IMG/VR virus record: IMGVR_UViG_3300049563_000052
Span: 33,020-97,019 of that record
Reading direction: 5' to 3' (one strand)
Length of the DNA stretch: 64,000 nucleotides
From: a virus
Taxonomy: Duplodnaviria; Caudoviricetes
In this document: piece after piece, positions 53,833 through 62,464 of the stretch
Layout: each line of letters opens with the position of its first letter
Numbering within the stretch: position 1 is the first letter of the stretch
Program-made: the position numbers and the translations under genes
The notes under the pieces: generated by a model
The model's input: the letters and a program-made list of their open reading frames with translations, nothing else
What the model was told of the DNA's origin: nothing
Database searches by the model: none

Positions 53833-55121
53833 TGGACGGTGCGCAGGCGCAGATTACGGCGCGCATCTGGGAAGACCCGGAATGGCGGGCGCTGTCAGTA
53901 ACAGCGCAATGGCTATACCAGTCCGGGCTGTCACAACACGAAATCACGAAATGTGGCCTGCTGCCGCTGCGGGAATCGCGGTGGGCGGGGCTCGCCGCGT
54001 ATCTTGATATTGACGAGATACAGTCCGCGCGGAAACTCCTGGTCGATACCCGGTTCTGGGTGGTGGATGAGGAATCCGAGGAGGTGCTGTACCGCTCGTT
54101 CATGCGGACGCGCGAGGTGTGGCGCAACAACAACATGCTCAAGGCGGCGTGTCTGGCGTGCCACAGCGCCCGCGGTCCGGGGGTCCGGGCGGCGCTGCTG
54201 CGGGAGCTGCACCGCCTCCCGCAAGATCACATACAGCGGTTGCGTCCGGCCCGCAACGGGCAGCGGCGGCCGTGGCTGGTGTACGTCGAGACGATGGCCA
54301 TGCTCCGCGGTGAAGGGCCGAACGGACCCTTCATCGACAACCCGGACATCGGCCAGCTGACCCTCGACGCTGAGGCGTTCGGCGGGCAGCCGGACGGCCC
54401 GCAGTCCGTTACACCTCCGCCGAACGGCCGTACCGTCGGCGCACCCCCTGGCGATGCACCCGGTGTACGCCGGACGGCGGCTGCGGCTACTCCGTTCTTA
54501 CCGCAAGGCTTGGGGCAAGGCTTGCCCCAAGCCTTGGGTGAACATAAGAACTACGTAGTTGGTGGTACAGAAGGGCAGTTAGGTAGCTGTACCAGCGGGG
54601 TTATCTCTCAAGACGCGCGAGAAGAAACGATCATCGACGTGCCCCCGCTGTTCCCTCCGGGCTGCGGCAGCGTCGACCCCGAAGACGCGCAAGTGATCGC
54701 CATGGCCCGCAGCGAGGCGCGCAAGGCCAACCGGCTGCTCAACCAGCCGTGGCTGCACGCCGGTGCCACGGCGCTCGTCGACCGGCTGACCGCCGACTGG
54801 CCGGTGCCGCCCACCGGCAAGGTCCGCGACCAGTGGCGGGTCGAGGTGAGCACGTTGCTCAAAGACGCCATCCCCGAGGACGCCATCGCGGCCGGACTGG
54901 CGGAATGCGTCGACAAGGGCTACGGGCCGCGGGCATTGGCCACATTCGTTTTCAATCTGGCCAACCGGGGCACGCCGGATTCCCGGGCTGGGCGCGCCGT
55001 AAAAGCGACGCTGTCGCATGTCGGCCCGGATGACGGGCCGGGGCTCGCTGCGTATCTGCCGGGTGCATCATTGCGCGGCACGGCAACTCCACCACGACAG
55101 CTGGGACCCGGAAATGACTGA
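53832..55121 (+). CDS. Replication initiator (RepA-like HTH)
   Basis: IWEDPEWRALS..AQWLY...LSQ...CGLLP...RWA...VDEESEEVLYRSFMR motif of actinophage Rep proteins. Confidence 0.8.
   Translation: MDGAQAQITARIWEDPEWRALSVTAQWLYQSGLSQHEITKCGLLPLRESRWAGLAAYLDIDEIQSARKLLVDTRFWVVDEESEEVLYRSFMRTREVWRNNNMLKAACLACHSARGPGVRAALLRELHRLPQDHIQRLRPARNGQRRPWLVYVETMAMLRGEGPNGPFIDNPDIGQLTLDAEAFGGQPDGPQSVTPPPNGRTVGAPPGDAPGVRRTAAAATPFLPQGLGQGLPQALGEHKNYVVGGTEGQLGSCTSGVISQDAREETIIDVPPLFPPGCGSVDPEDAQVIAMARSEARKANRLLNQPWLHAGATALVDRLTADWPVPPTGKVRDQWRVEVSTLLKDAIPEDAIAAGLAECVDKGYGPRALATFVFNLANRGTPDSRAGRAVKATLSHVGPDDGPGLAAYLPGASLRGTATPPRQLGPGND
54504..54610. other. Probable replication origin inside rep
   Basis: 33-bp perfect palindrome at 54504-54536 built from 12-bp-spaced CAAG(G/C)CTTG units, followed by an AT-rich tract. 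Confidence 0.55.
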
Positions 55122-55845
55122 ACCGTTTGTGCCGTGGTCGCCGAAGGCGATCAAGGAACTGTGCGCGATGGTGTCGGCGGCCGACGGGGAACCGCGCGCC
55201 GATGCCGACTTCGCGATGTGGATGGGCGTCGCGACCACGAACCGATGGCGGCACGCGGAGGCCGTGCAGGCGGTGGTGCAGCTGGCCGGGCGGTGGGGCC
55301 GCTCGGACACCCGGCGGATCCAGATCTTGCCCGGCAGCGTGGACGAGGTCATCCGGGCCAACCGGCAGCAGCCGCGGGCGTGGGCGGAGCTGGAGGCGGA
55401 GCGGCCGGTCGTGGACGAGGCGACCGTGGAGCAGCGGCGCACCGCGATGGCGGCGTTCGTGCAGGGGCAGGTGGCCCGGATGTCGATCGATGCGGCGGTG
55501 TTCGAGCCGGGCGAAACCCTGGAGACGGTGCTGTCCAAGCAGGCCCGGGGCGACTACCGCGGCATCGACTGGTCGGCCGTCGACGCCTGCTCCGAGTGCG
55601 ACGAGGGGGGCATGCGCCGGGACGCGCCGGACCTGGTGTGCACCCACCCGCCGCAGGAACGTCGGGGGGCAGTCGTACAGTCGGGCGCGCATACCCACCA
55701 CGAGGGCACGACCGAAGGAGCTGACGATCATGGTGAGCACGGAGTGGGAGCGGAAGCACCGGCCGCAGCCGGGGACGGCGAGCGCGGAGCTGCTGCGCAC
55801 GGCGGCGGCGCAGGCCCGGACCCGGGGGTGGGCGGTGTTGGCTGA
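55114..55845 (+). CDS. Putative helicase loader/Rep partner
   Basis: Follows rep; C-terminal CSECD...CTH motif. Confidence 0.55.
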   Translation: MTEPFVPWSPKAIKELCAMVSAADGEPRADADFAMWMGVATTNRWRHAEAVQAVVQLAGRWGRSDTRRIQILPGSVDEVIRANRQQPRAWAELEAERPVVDEATVEQRRTAMAAFVQGQVARMSIDAAVFEPGETLETVLSKQARGDYRGIDWSAVDACSECDEGGMRRDAPDLVCTHPPQERRGAVVQSGAHTHHEGTTEGADDHGEHGVGAEAPAAAGDGERGAAAHGGGAGPDPGVGGVG

Positions 55846-56056
55846 CCTGTTCGACGCGGTGGCCGAGTCGCTGGGCGAGATCCCGAACCCGGGCCGGTGG
55901 GGCATCCCCGACCCGGTGGTCGAGCGGGACATGGCCGAGGCGTTGCGCTGGTCGCCGGTGGTGGCGCACGCGGTGCACGTGGCGGAGCGGGTGGTCGCGG
56001 ACGCGAAGCTGGCCGACGGGTCCGCGGCGCAGGCGTGGCTGGGGGATACCCGGTGA
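55730..56056 (+). CDS. Hypothetical protein
   Basis: GAAGGAG RBS, ATG 55730. Confidence 0.6.
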   Translation: MVSTEWERKHRPQPGTASAELLRTAAAQARTRGWAVLADLFDAVAESLGEIPNPGRWGIPDPVVERDMAEALRWSPVVAHAVHVAERVVADAKLADGSAAQAWLGDTR

Positions 56057-56370
56057 ACGGGGACAGCGCGGGCGGGGCGCCGCTGTTCGACGAGCCGCCC
56101 CGCTACCTGCCCGACGACCTGGCCAGCTACCTGCGGTCGCTGATGGCGACGTTGGAGATCGTCGACGGTGCGCGCCGGCTGGAGCTGGTCGGGCTGTTCG
56201 AGGAGGGGTTTCACTCCGGCTACGCGCACGGCTACCGGCGGGGGCACCTGGACGGCGCTGCCACCCGGGACGCCGAGTTCGAGAAGCTGGCGCACTCCGA
56301 GCCCGTGGCGGGCGCGACGCTGGTCTTGCCGCAGGTCCCGGGCCCGATCGAGATGAGGGACGGATCATGA
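56053..56370 (+). CDS. Hypothetical protein (EGFHSGYAHGYRRG)
   Basis: Coupled ORF. Confidence 0.6.
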   Translation: MNGDSAGGAPLFDEPPRYLPDDLASYLRSLMATLEIVDGARRLELVGLFEEGFHSGYAHGYRRGHLDGAATRDAEFEKLAHSEPVAGATLVLPQVPGPIEMRDGS

Positions 56371-56585
56371 CCGCGACCACGCAGGCCGAGCGGGCGGCGC
56401 TGGCCAGTCCGCAGCTGGCGGAGCCCGCGTCGCTGCTGCGGGACCCGCTGTGCGAGGTGGTGGCCCGCTGCGGGGCGCTGGATGAGGCCGCGCTCATGCT
56501 GGCCGACCGGCTGGCGGACAGCCCGGCGGTGCTGCTGCTGCTGATCAAGGCGCATCTGGCGCGAGCGGCGAAGGCGGCGGCGTGA
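56367..56585 (+). CDS. Hypothetical protein
   Basis: Coupled ORF. Confidence 0.55.
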   Translation: MTATTQAERAALASPQLAEPASLLRDPLCEVVARCGALDEAALMLADRLADSPAVLLLLIKAHLARAAKAAA

Positions 56586-56851
56586 CCAAGCCGCGGCTCA
56601 CCACGAGCCAGGTGTTCCGGGTGCTGCTGCGGGATCACTACACGTGCGCTTACTGCGAGTTCCCCGCCGTCGGGGTCGATCCGGTGGTGCCGTTTCGGGG
56701 CGGCGGCTCCGACGCGGACGGCAACCTCGTCGCCGTGTGCGAGCGGTGCCGGAGCTTCGCGACGGGTCCAGCGACGTTCACCGGCCTCGCCGACAAGCGT
56801 GAGTACATCCTGGCCCGGCGCCGTCCCGAGATCGCGAGGTTACGGAAGTGA
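56582..56851 (+). CDS. HNH-fold protein with degenerate active site
   Basis: RDHYTCAYC...VDPVVP..GG...NLVAVCERCR (His to Pro, Asn to Arg). Confidence 0.75.
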   Translation: MTKPRLTTSQVFRVLLRDHYTCAYCEFPAVGVDPVVPFRGGGSDADGNLVAVCERCRSFATGPATFTGLADKREYILARRRPEIARLRK

Positions 56852-57249
56852 ATCAAGCCCTGAAACCGCCTGAGACCGCCGCAACCGAAACGGCGGGCAC
56901 TACCCCTCGCCCAACACGCGTTCGTCGCTCTACGGGCTCACCGTGCGCGCCAAACGCGATGCGGGGGGACGCTGGTGCAGTGCTGAACTTCACGTGTGGC
57001 GGGTGTGGGGCGTCGTGGACGGGGCTGGCGGCGGCGCACTGCTCGGCGTGTCACCGCACGTTCGCCGCGGCCCGGCTGTTCGACGACCACCGCTCGATGG
57101 TCGGCCCGCGCGAGCATGGCAGCTGCCGGAACCCGGTCACGATCACCCGCGGCGGCAAACGGATCATGTTCTGGCGGGAGGGGATGTGGCGCGGCCCGGA
57201 GATGACCGACGAGGACCGGGCGCGCCGCGGCTGGCCCGTCAAACGGTGA
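56848..57249 (+). CDS. FDxHR-type Zn-binding phage protein
   Basis: CGGCGASWTG...HCSACHRTF...FDDHR. Confidence 0.75.
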   Translation: MNQALKPPETAATETAGTTPRPTRVRRSTGSPCAPNAMRGDAGAVLNFTCGGCGASWTGLAAAHCSACHRTFAAARLFDDHRSMVGPREHGSCRNPVTITRGGKRIMFWREGMWRGPEMTDEDRARRGWPVKR

Positions 57250-57980
57250 GCCGCCGCGCAGTGAGCCGCCGCCGCTACCGGGGCCGCCACCGGCGGAAGC
57301 GGCAGGTCGGGCCGGTGTTGGCCGGGACCGGGATCGCGCTGGCCGTGCTGACGGTGCTGCTGATCGCCGGGCTGCTCGCGCAGCGGCCCGGCCCGCCGCT
57401 GCCGGTGATCGCCGCGGCGGGCCCGGAGCCTGCCGGGCCGCGGGTGCGGGTGCTCGTGCCGAGCAGCTCGACGACCCCGCCGCCGTCGAGCTCGACGGCC
57501 ACGCGCACGTCCCGCCGGCACCCGGCGCAGCCGTCCACCCCCGACCCGCCCCCGGCCGCGGCGGCAGCGGATACCCCGATGATGTCGCTGGCTCCGGGGG
57601 TGGTCGACTCGCTCGCCGTGCTGGCCAGCGTGTACGTGACCCCGATCGAGTCCTCGCTGCCGCCGCGGCCGGCCACCGTCCCGGGCCCGGTCGCCCCGGC
57701 GGTTGCCCCGGCCCCGGCGGCGGCGCCGCACCCGGCCGTGGTCGCGGCGGCACCGGTGGACCCGCCCGCCCCGGATCACCCGGACACCACCCCGCACACC
57801 GCGAGCAGCCACGCCGACCCGCCGCCGCCGCCGGACACGCACAGCTCGTCGGCGTCGCCGGACACGCACAGCTCGTCGGCGTCGCCGGAACAGACCTCCC
57901 CGGACACGTCCACAAGCGACTCCGACATATCCTCCCGGGAGCACGGAAAACCCACCACGAAAAGGGACGTGAAGCAATGA
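57246..57980 (+). CDS. Membrane-anchored Pro/Ser-rich protein
   Basis: YRGRHR + TM + low-complexity tail; 27-bp tandem repeat at 57829-57889. Confidence 0.65.
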   Translation: MSRRAVSRRRYRGRHRRKRQVGPVLAGTGIALAVLTVLLIAGLLAQRPGPPLPVIAAAGPEPAGPRVRVLVPSSSTTPPPSSSTATRTSRRHPAQPSTPDPPPAAAAADTPMMSLAPGVVDSLAVLASVYVTPIESSLPPRPATVPGPVAPAVAPAPAAAPHPAVVAAAPVDPPAPDHPDTTPHTASSHADPPPPPDTHSSSASPDTHSSSASPEQTSPDTSTSDSDISSREHGKPTTKRDVKQ

Positions 57981-58345
57981 CAGAAACCGTTCAGGAAACC
58001 GGTAATCCGCATTCCGACCGCACGAACCGGTTTGTGGAAACGAACAAGAAACGGTGCAACTTCTGCAAGATGTTGATCGTGTGGGGGAAGACGGAGCGCG
58101 CCCACCTGCCGGTGGACTACCCGCCGGTAACCACCGGCAACGTGCTGCTCGTCCACGACGACGTCAAGGGCCTGATCGCGCACGTGATCGGCACCAAGAG
58201 CGCCCGGGGCGCCTACCAGTCCGCGGGCTGGCAGCTCTACCAGCACCACCGGCTGTCCTGCCCGCACGCGGAGCAGTGGTCGGGCAAGCTCGCCCGCAAG
58301 CCCGCCGCCCGCAAGGCCGCCGCCCCGCGCCGGAGCCGGGCGTGA
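57977..58345 (+). CDS. Zn-binding hypothetical protein
   Basis: CNFC..IVWGKT...PVD...GNV...HHRLSCPHA. Confidence 0.7.
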   Translation: MTETVQETGNPHSDRTNRFVETNKKRCNFCKMLIVWGKTERAHLPVDYPPVTTGNVLLVHDDVKGLIAHVIGTKSARGAYQSAGWQLYQHHRLSCPHAEQWSGKLARKPAARKAAAPRRSRA

Positions 58346-58974
58346 CCGCACAGCTGCCGCTGGACCTGGACGCGCTCGCGCTGACCCCGGTGACCGGCGC
58401 CGACCTCGCCGACACCTCGATCCTGTCCTGGCAATGGCGGCTGTGGGTGCCCGGGATTCCCGCCCCGCAGGGCTCCAAAGAACCACTCCCGATCTACGCA
58501 GGGAAAGGCCCGAACCGGCGGTTGGTGCGAATCGTGCTGCGGGAATCGTCGAACGTGGCGCTCAAGAAATGGCGGGCCACCGTCGACGCCGCCGCCCGAA
58601 AGGCGTGGACGACCGATCCGTACGGCGGGCCGTTCGACCTGGGCTGCCGGTTCCTCATGCCGGTGTGGCAGGCCACCCGCACCGGGGACTGGCCGACCAA
58701 CAACCGCATCGGCGACCTGTCCCATCTGGTGCGCGCGGTGGAGGACGCGCTGAAGACCGCCGGGGTGATCAAGGATGATCGGTATGTGGTCGGCTACCTG
58801 GGCACCCCGGACACCTCCAAGCGGTTCGCCCGCCCCGGCGAGGAAACCGGCTGCGAGATCATCATGCGCCCGGCCCGGCCGCAGCCCGGCCAGTGGGACG
58901 GGTTCCGCCCGCCCGTGCGGCACCGCACCCCCCGCCCGGCCCCCGACGACCCACAACTCCTGGAGCTGCCGTGA
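58342..58974 (+). CDS. rusA: RusA-like Holliday junction resolvase
   Basis: GIPAPQGSK, DLSHLVRAVEDAL, IKDDRYVV. Confidence 0.88.
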   Translation: MTAQLPLDLDALALTPVTGADLADTSILSWQWRLWVPGIPAPQGSKEPLPIYAGKGPNRRLVRIVLRESSNVALKKWRATVDAAARKAWTTDPYGGPFDLGCRFLMPVWQATRTGDWPTNNRIGDLSHLVRAVEDALKTAGVIKDDRYVVGYLGTPDTSKRFARPGEETGCEIIMRPARPQPGQWDGFRPPVRHRTPRPAPDDPQLLELP

Positions 58975-59216
58975 TCGACCCGCAAGGCCGCGCGTGGTGC
59001 GACGGCCCCCGCCACACCGCCGGTGAGCGCCCCCGCGCGATGGTGTCGTTCACCGTCGCCGGACCGGTCACCGCCACCGGGCAGCTGTGCGTGGACTGCG
59101 CCGAAACCCTGGGCGCCCAGCACGCCCGCGCCATCGCCGAGGCCACCCGCGACGGCGGCCACGGCGGGGTCATGGGCGGCACCATCTCCGTCTCCCCGCT
59201 CGCGCAGGTGCCGTGA
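58971..59216 (+). CDS. Small hypothetical protein
   Basis: Coupled ORF with Cys motifs. Confidence 0.55.
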   Translation: MIDPQGRAWCDGPRHTAGERPRAMVSFTVAGPVTATGQLCVDCAETLGAQHARAIAEATRDGGHGGVMGGTISVSPLAQVP

Positions 59217-59452
59217 CCGCGCCGCGCCGCTGGCAGGACATCGCCCCCGCGGACGCGCTCGACATCGATCTGCGCGCCGACCTGACGATCACCGCGCCGC
59301 TCACCATGGAGGGCGAGCGGTGCCCGTGGCCGTGGGAGCCGCAGCAGCTCGTCGGGGTGCCGCTGGGCCAGTACCACTGCCGATTCTGCGGCGAGATGGT
59401 GATCGCCGGGGTCGAACACCTCGACTACGCCGAACACGCGGAGCGGCCATGA
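59213..59452 (+). CDS. Small Zn-ribbon protein
   Basis: CPWPWEP...GQYHCRFCGEM. Confidence 0.65.
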   Translation: MTAPRRWQDIAPADALDIDLRADLTITAPLTMEGERCPWPWEPQQLVGVPLGQYHCRFCGEMVIAGVEHLDYAEHAERP

Positions 59453-59904
59453 CGTGGCGGCTGCTGGTCGGCGGCGCCCGCACCGGGCAGGCCATCGACG
59501 TCGACGACTGGTCCTCCCGCCGCGGCGTGTGGCTGCCCAACCCGCCCCGCCCGGCGAGCTACTTCGGCCCGCCCGAAGAGCTGTACCTGCCGCGGCTGTG
59601 GTCGCTGCGCGTCGCGCATCCGTGCGTGCCCGGCATGGACCTGTACCGGGAGTGGTGGGTGCTGGTGCGGGCGCCGTGGTCGATGTGGCAGCCGCAGCCG
59701 CAGCTGATCGAGGTGATGATGCGGGCCTGCACGGACGTGTCCCCAGACCTGGAGGTGCTGGAGCCGACCGGCATGCACGCACCGTTCCCGGCGTCGTGGT
59801 GGGCGCCCCGTGACATCCCCGGCCGGTTCGCCACGCTGCTCGCCGAAGCGGTGGCGGCCCGCCCGGGACGGGGCACGGTCATCACGGCCGGTTCGGTGCA
59901 CTGA
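59449..59904 (+). CDS. Hypothetical protein
   Basis: ATGA-coupled; last gene of the rightward operon. Confidence 0.55.
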   Translation: MTWRLLVGGARTGQAIDVDDWSSRRGVWLPNPPRPASYFGPPEELYLPRLWSLRVAHPCVPGMDLYREWWVLVRAPWSMWQPQPQLIEVMMRACTDVSPDLEVLEPTGMHAPFPASWWAPRDIPGRFATLLAEAVAARPGRGTVITAGSVH

Positions 59905-59957
59905 CGCGAGCGTCCGGTCCCGCTGCGCACCCGGCGTCCCGGGGGACCGACCGGAGG

Positions 59958-60182
59958 CTACTCGAGAAACTCGATGTTGATCGTGGTGAGGGCGGGGATC
60001 TCGTCCGCGGACAGCTGCATGTCGGTGGCCTCGTCGGGCAGCCGGTAGCGGGTCACCGCGGTCCACTGGTGCAGCATCGTCGCGGCCTGCGGATCCCAGC
60101 GCAGCCCGTCATAGCGCAATTCCACCGGCACGGTCTCGCCGCGAATGTGCAGCCTGACGTTGCGCGGCGGCTCCGGGGTCAC
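59958..60182 (-). CDS. Hypothetical protein
   Basis: GTGA-coupled. Confidence 0.55.
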   Translation of the reverse strand: MTPEPPRNVRLHIRGETVPVELRYDGLRWDPQAATMLHQWTAVTRYRLPDEATDMQLSADEIPALTTINIEFLE

Positions 60183-60700
60183 TCGGGCCGGTTCTTGCCG
60201 GGGCGTCCGCGCTCGAACTTGCGCACCTCGTCCAGGATCCAGAAGCTGCACCGGCGTTGCAGGTCGTAGCCGGCGGGGAACGGGGCCCGCGACGGGGAGT
60301 CGCTGCGGCCGGGATAGCGGCGGCGGATGTAGCCGAAGTACTCGCCGGAGATGTTGCCCGCCAGCTCCCCGGCCGCCGCCGCGTTGCCGACCCGCACCCG
60401 GCGCCCGTTGACCTCCGCCATCCACGTCTCGGGGTGGAACATCGCGCTGCGGCACACCTTGCCCGCGGGGGTGAGCTGCGGTTCGTGGGGCTTGCCCCCG
60501 CACCGCTTGCACAGGGTTTCCGCGGGGTGCTGGATGCGGCACTTGACGCGGGTGTTCGGGTTCAGGTGCGGGCGGGGCCGGTGCCCACCCTTCTTGGTCG
60601 GCTCGACGATCGCCCCGCACTCGCACCGCACCTTGCCCGCGTCGAGATCGGGCTCGGGTGAATCGGCGACGGGTGCCTCATCGGCGGCGATCGTGGTCAT
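60179..60700 (-). CDS. Putative DNA-binding regulator (Zn motifs + AlpA/excisionase-like HTH)
   Basis: C-terminal FPAG...WILDEVRKFERGRPG; leaderless promoter TATCTT with an operator half-site at about 60718-60729. Confidence 0.6.
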   Translation of the reverse strand: MTTIAADEAPVADSPEPDLDAGKVRCECGAIVEPTKKGGHRPRPHLNPNTRVKCRIQHPAETLCKRCGGKPHEPQLTPAGKVCRSAMFHPETWMAEVNGRRVRVGNAAAAGELAGNISGEYFGYIRRRYPGRSDSPSRAPFPAGYDLQRRCSFWILDEVRKFERGRPGKNRPE

Positions 60701-60735
60701 GGTGCCCAAGATACCGTCCGGGCGCGCATCCTTCA

Positions 60736-60960
60736 TCATCGAGTCCAGGAGTCCATGTCGGACGCGATGGCGCGCAGATGCGCGGCGGCTTCGGCGCACA
60801 CCGCGCAGCCGTCGTCGTGGGTGACGAGCGTTTCGGCGTGATCACCGATGGCCTGCGCGTACACCTGCACCGCGGCCACCGGGATCGGCACGGTGGCCGT
60901 GCCGACCGGCCACCGCCACTGGCCGTCGGGGGCGGCGCCGGTCGCCCACGAGTAGCCCAT
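60736..60960 (-). CDS. Hypothetical protein
   Basis: GGAGG RBS, H..CxxC motif. Confidence 0.55.
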   Translation of the reverse strand: MGYSWATGAAPDGQWRWPVGTATVPIPVAAVQVYAQAIGDHAETLVTHDDGCAVCAEAAAHLRAIASDMDSWTR

Positions 60961-61139
60961 CAGGTCACCTCCGGGTGTTCGGCGCGGTCGTGTTCGAGCT
61001 GCGCCAGATAGCACCACGCCGCCGCCTCCTGCCACGGGTGCGGGCCCAGCGCGTCATCGACGGACACCCGCGCGATCGGCCGCTCGCAGCGGTCGCACCA
61101 CGGCAGGAACACCAGCGGCTCCGGGTTCGGCTCGGCCAT
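60960..61139 (-). CDS. Small CxxC protein
   Basis: Coupled ORF MAEPNPEPLVFLPWCDRC. Confidence 0.55.
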   Translation of the reverse strand: MAEPNPEPLVFLPWCDRCERPIARVSVDDALGPHPWQEAAAWCYLAQLEHDRAEHPEVT

Positions 61140-61240
61140 CAGCGGCCGTTCCGGGAGCCGCGCCAGCTCAGGAACCAGATGACGGTGATGCCGACCCCGG
61201 CGGCGGCTCGGATGATCCAGACGGCGGTGTGCAGGTCCAT
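61139..61240 (-). CDS. 33-aa single-TM peptide
   Basis: MDLHTAVWIIRAAAGVGITVIWFLSWR; coupled on both sides. Confidence 0.5.
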   Translation of the reverse strand: MDLHTAVWIIRAAAGVGITVIWFLSWRGSRNGR

Positions 61241-61749
61241 CACGTCGGCCACCGCAGCTCGACGTCCGGCCGCTGGATGCCGCCGATGTCGCGCACCTCG
61301 TCCCAGCCGCACGGGCAGTTGCGGCACGCACCGATCGGGCGGGCGCAGTGCCAGCCGTCGTCGCGGCGCGCCCACACCAGCCGGTCGCCTTGGTAGAACG
61401 TGCTGCCGACCGGCGGCTCCGCGTCCGTGACGTCCCGGGCCACGCTGCGCGCCTGCGGGGTCATCGTCACGGTGCCGTCGGCGTCGCGCAGGCTGCCCAT
61501 GTCGTCGCGGAGGGCTTCGGCCAGATCCGACCCGTCGCCGAGATAGGCCCAGAAGTCGTCGGCGGATGGGCAGTCGCGGTCGTTCGCGGCTGCCCACTTG
61601 TCGCGCTCGACGGCGATCGTGACGGTGAACGTGGCGGTCAGCATCACCGGGGCCTGGACGGCGTCGACGTGGCTCTGCCGGAACTGTCCGACGTGTTCGA
61701 GGTACTCGCCATCCGGCACCAGATTCGGGTGATCGGTCTGGTCGTTCAT
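61240..61749 (-). CDS. Hypothetical protein
   Basis: GGAGG RBS, coupled. Confidence 0.65.
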   Translation of the reverse strand: MNDQTDHPNLVPDGEYLEHVGQFRQSHVDAVQAPVMLTATFTVTIAVERDKWAAANDRDCPSADDFWAYLGDGSDLAEALRDDMGSLRDADGTVTMTPQARSVARDVTDAEPPVGSTFYQGDRLVWARRDDGWHCARPIGACRNCPCGWDEVRDIGGIQRPDVELRWPT

Positions 61750-62087
61750 CGGGGCCTCCGGGTCCACCGCGGCGGCCGGTAGTCCTGCCGCATCTCCGCG
61801 ATCTGCGGGTCCATGGCGGCGTCGGCGCGCGCCCGCAGCTGCTCCGCCTCACGCTTGGCCGCCCGTTGCCGCGCCGACACCTGCACCCCCCGCACCCCGG
61901 TCAGGATCACCGCGATGGGCAGCGCCAGGAACAGCAGCGCCATCGACCACGGCCCGGTGTACATGAACCCGTGCCACTGCGTGAGGGCGAGCCCGAACGC
62001 GGACACCAACAGCACCACGGTCAGCGCGAGCACGATCCACCACGCGATGCGCAGCGTGCGGGCGCTGATCCCACCCCGGGCGCTCAT
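61746..62087 (-). CDS. Two-TM membrane protein
   Basis: Two hydrophobic helices. Confidence 0.7.
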   Translation of the reverse strand: MSARGGISARTLRIAWWIVLALTVVLLVSAFGLALTQWHGFMYTGPWSMALLFLALPIAVILTGVRGVQVSARQRAAKREAEQLRARADAAMDPQIAEMRQDYRPPRWTRRPR

Positions 62088-62329
62088 CGGGACCACGCTG
62101 CCTCTCCGGTCCGCTCCAGCTGCCGGGCCGCGGCCTCCATCTCCAGATAGCACGCGGCCCGCTCACCTTCCGCGCCGCTGCGGCACGCCCGGATGAACCG
62201 GAAGCTCGCCTGCACGAACATGTCGTAGCGGGGCGGCAGCTCCACCGGCACCATGCCCGGCTCGGCGGGGCCGTTCGCGTCGCCGTCCGGGATCGGTGTC
62301 GCCCATAGCCGGGTGGTGACGACGCTCAT
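62084..62329 (-). CDS. Hypothetical protein
   Basis: Coupled ORF. Confidence 0.55.
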   Translation of the reverse strand: MSVVTTRLWATPIPDGDANGPAEPGMVPVELPPRYDMFVQASFRFIRACRSGAEGERAACYLEMEAAARQLERTGEAAWSR

Positions 62330-62457
62330 GCCGTCCGCCCCTCGTCTCGGATGATTTCGGCGACGCGGTCACGCAGGCACTTCTCGACCTGCGCGAGCGG
62401 ATCGGGGGTCTCGTCGGGGATGACCCCGCAGTGGGGGCAAGGGCTGGTCCGATACAT
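62326..62457 (-). CDS. Small CxxC protein (leaderless)
   Basis: MYRTSPCPHCG...; start 7 nt from the -10 box. Confidence 0.6.
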   Translation of the reverse strand: MYRTSPCPHCGVIPDETPDPLAQVEKCLRDRVAEIIRDEGRTA

Positions 62458-62464
62458 GCCGCCT

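Noticed and set aside
57829-57889. 27-bp tandem repeat
   Set aside because: Simple in-frame duplication (PDTHSSSAS) in a low-complexity tail
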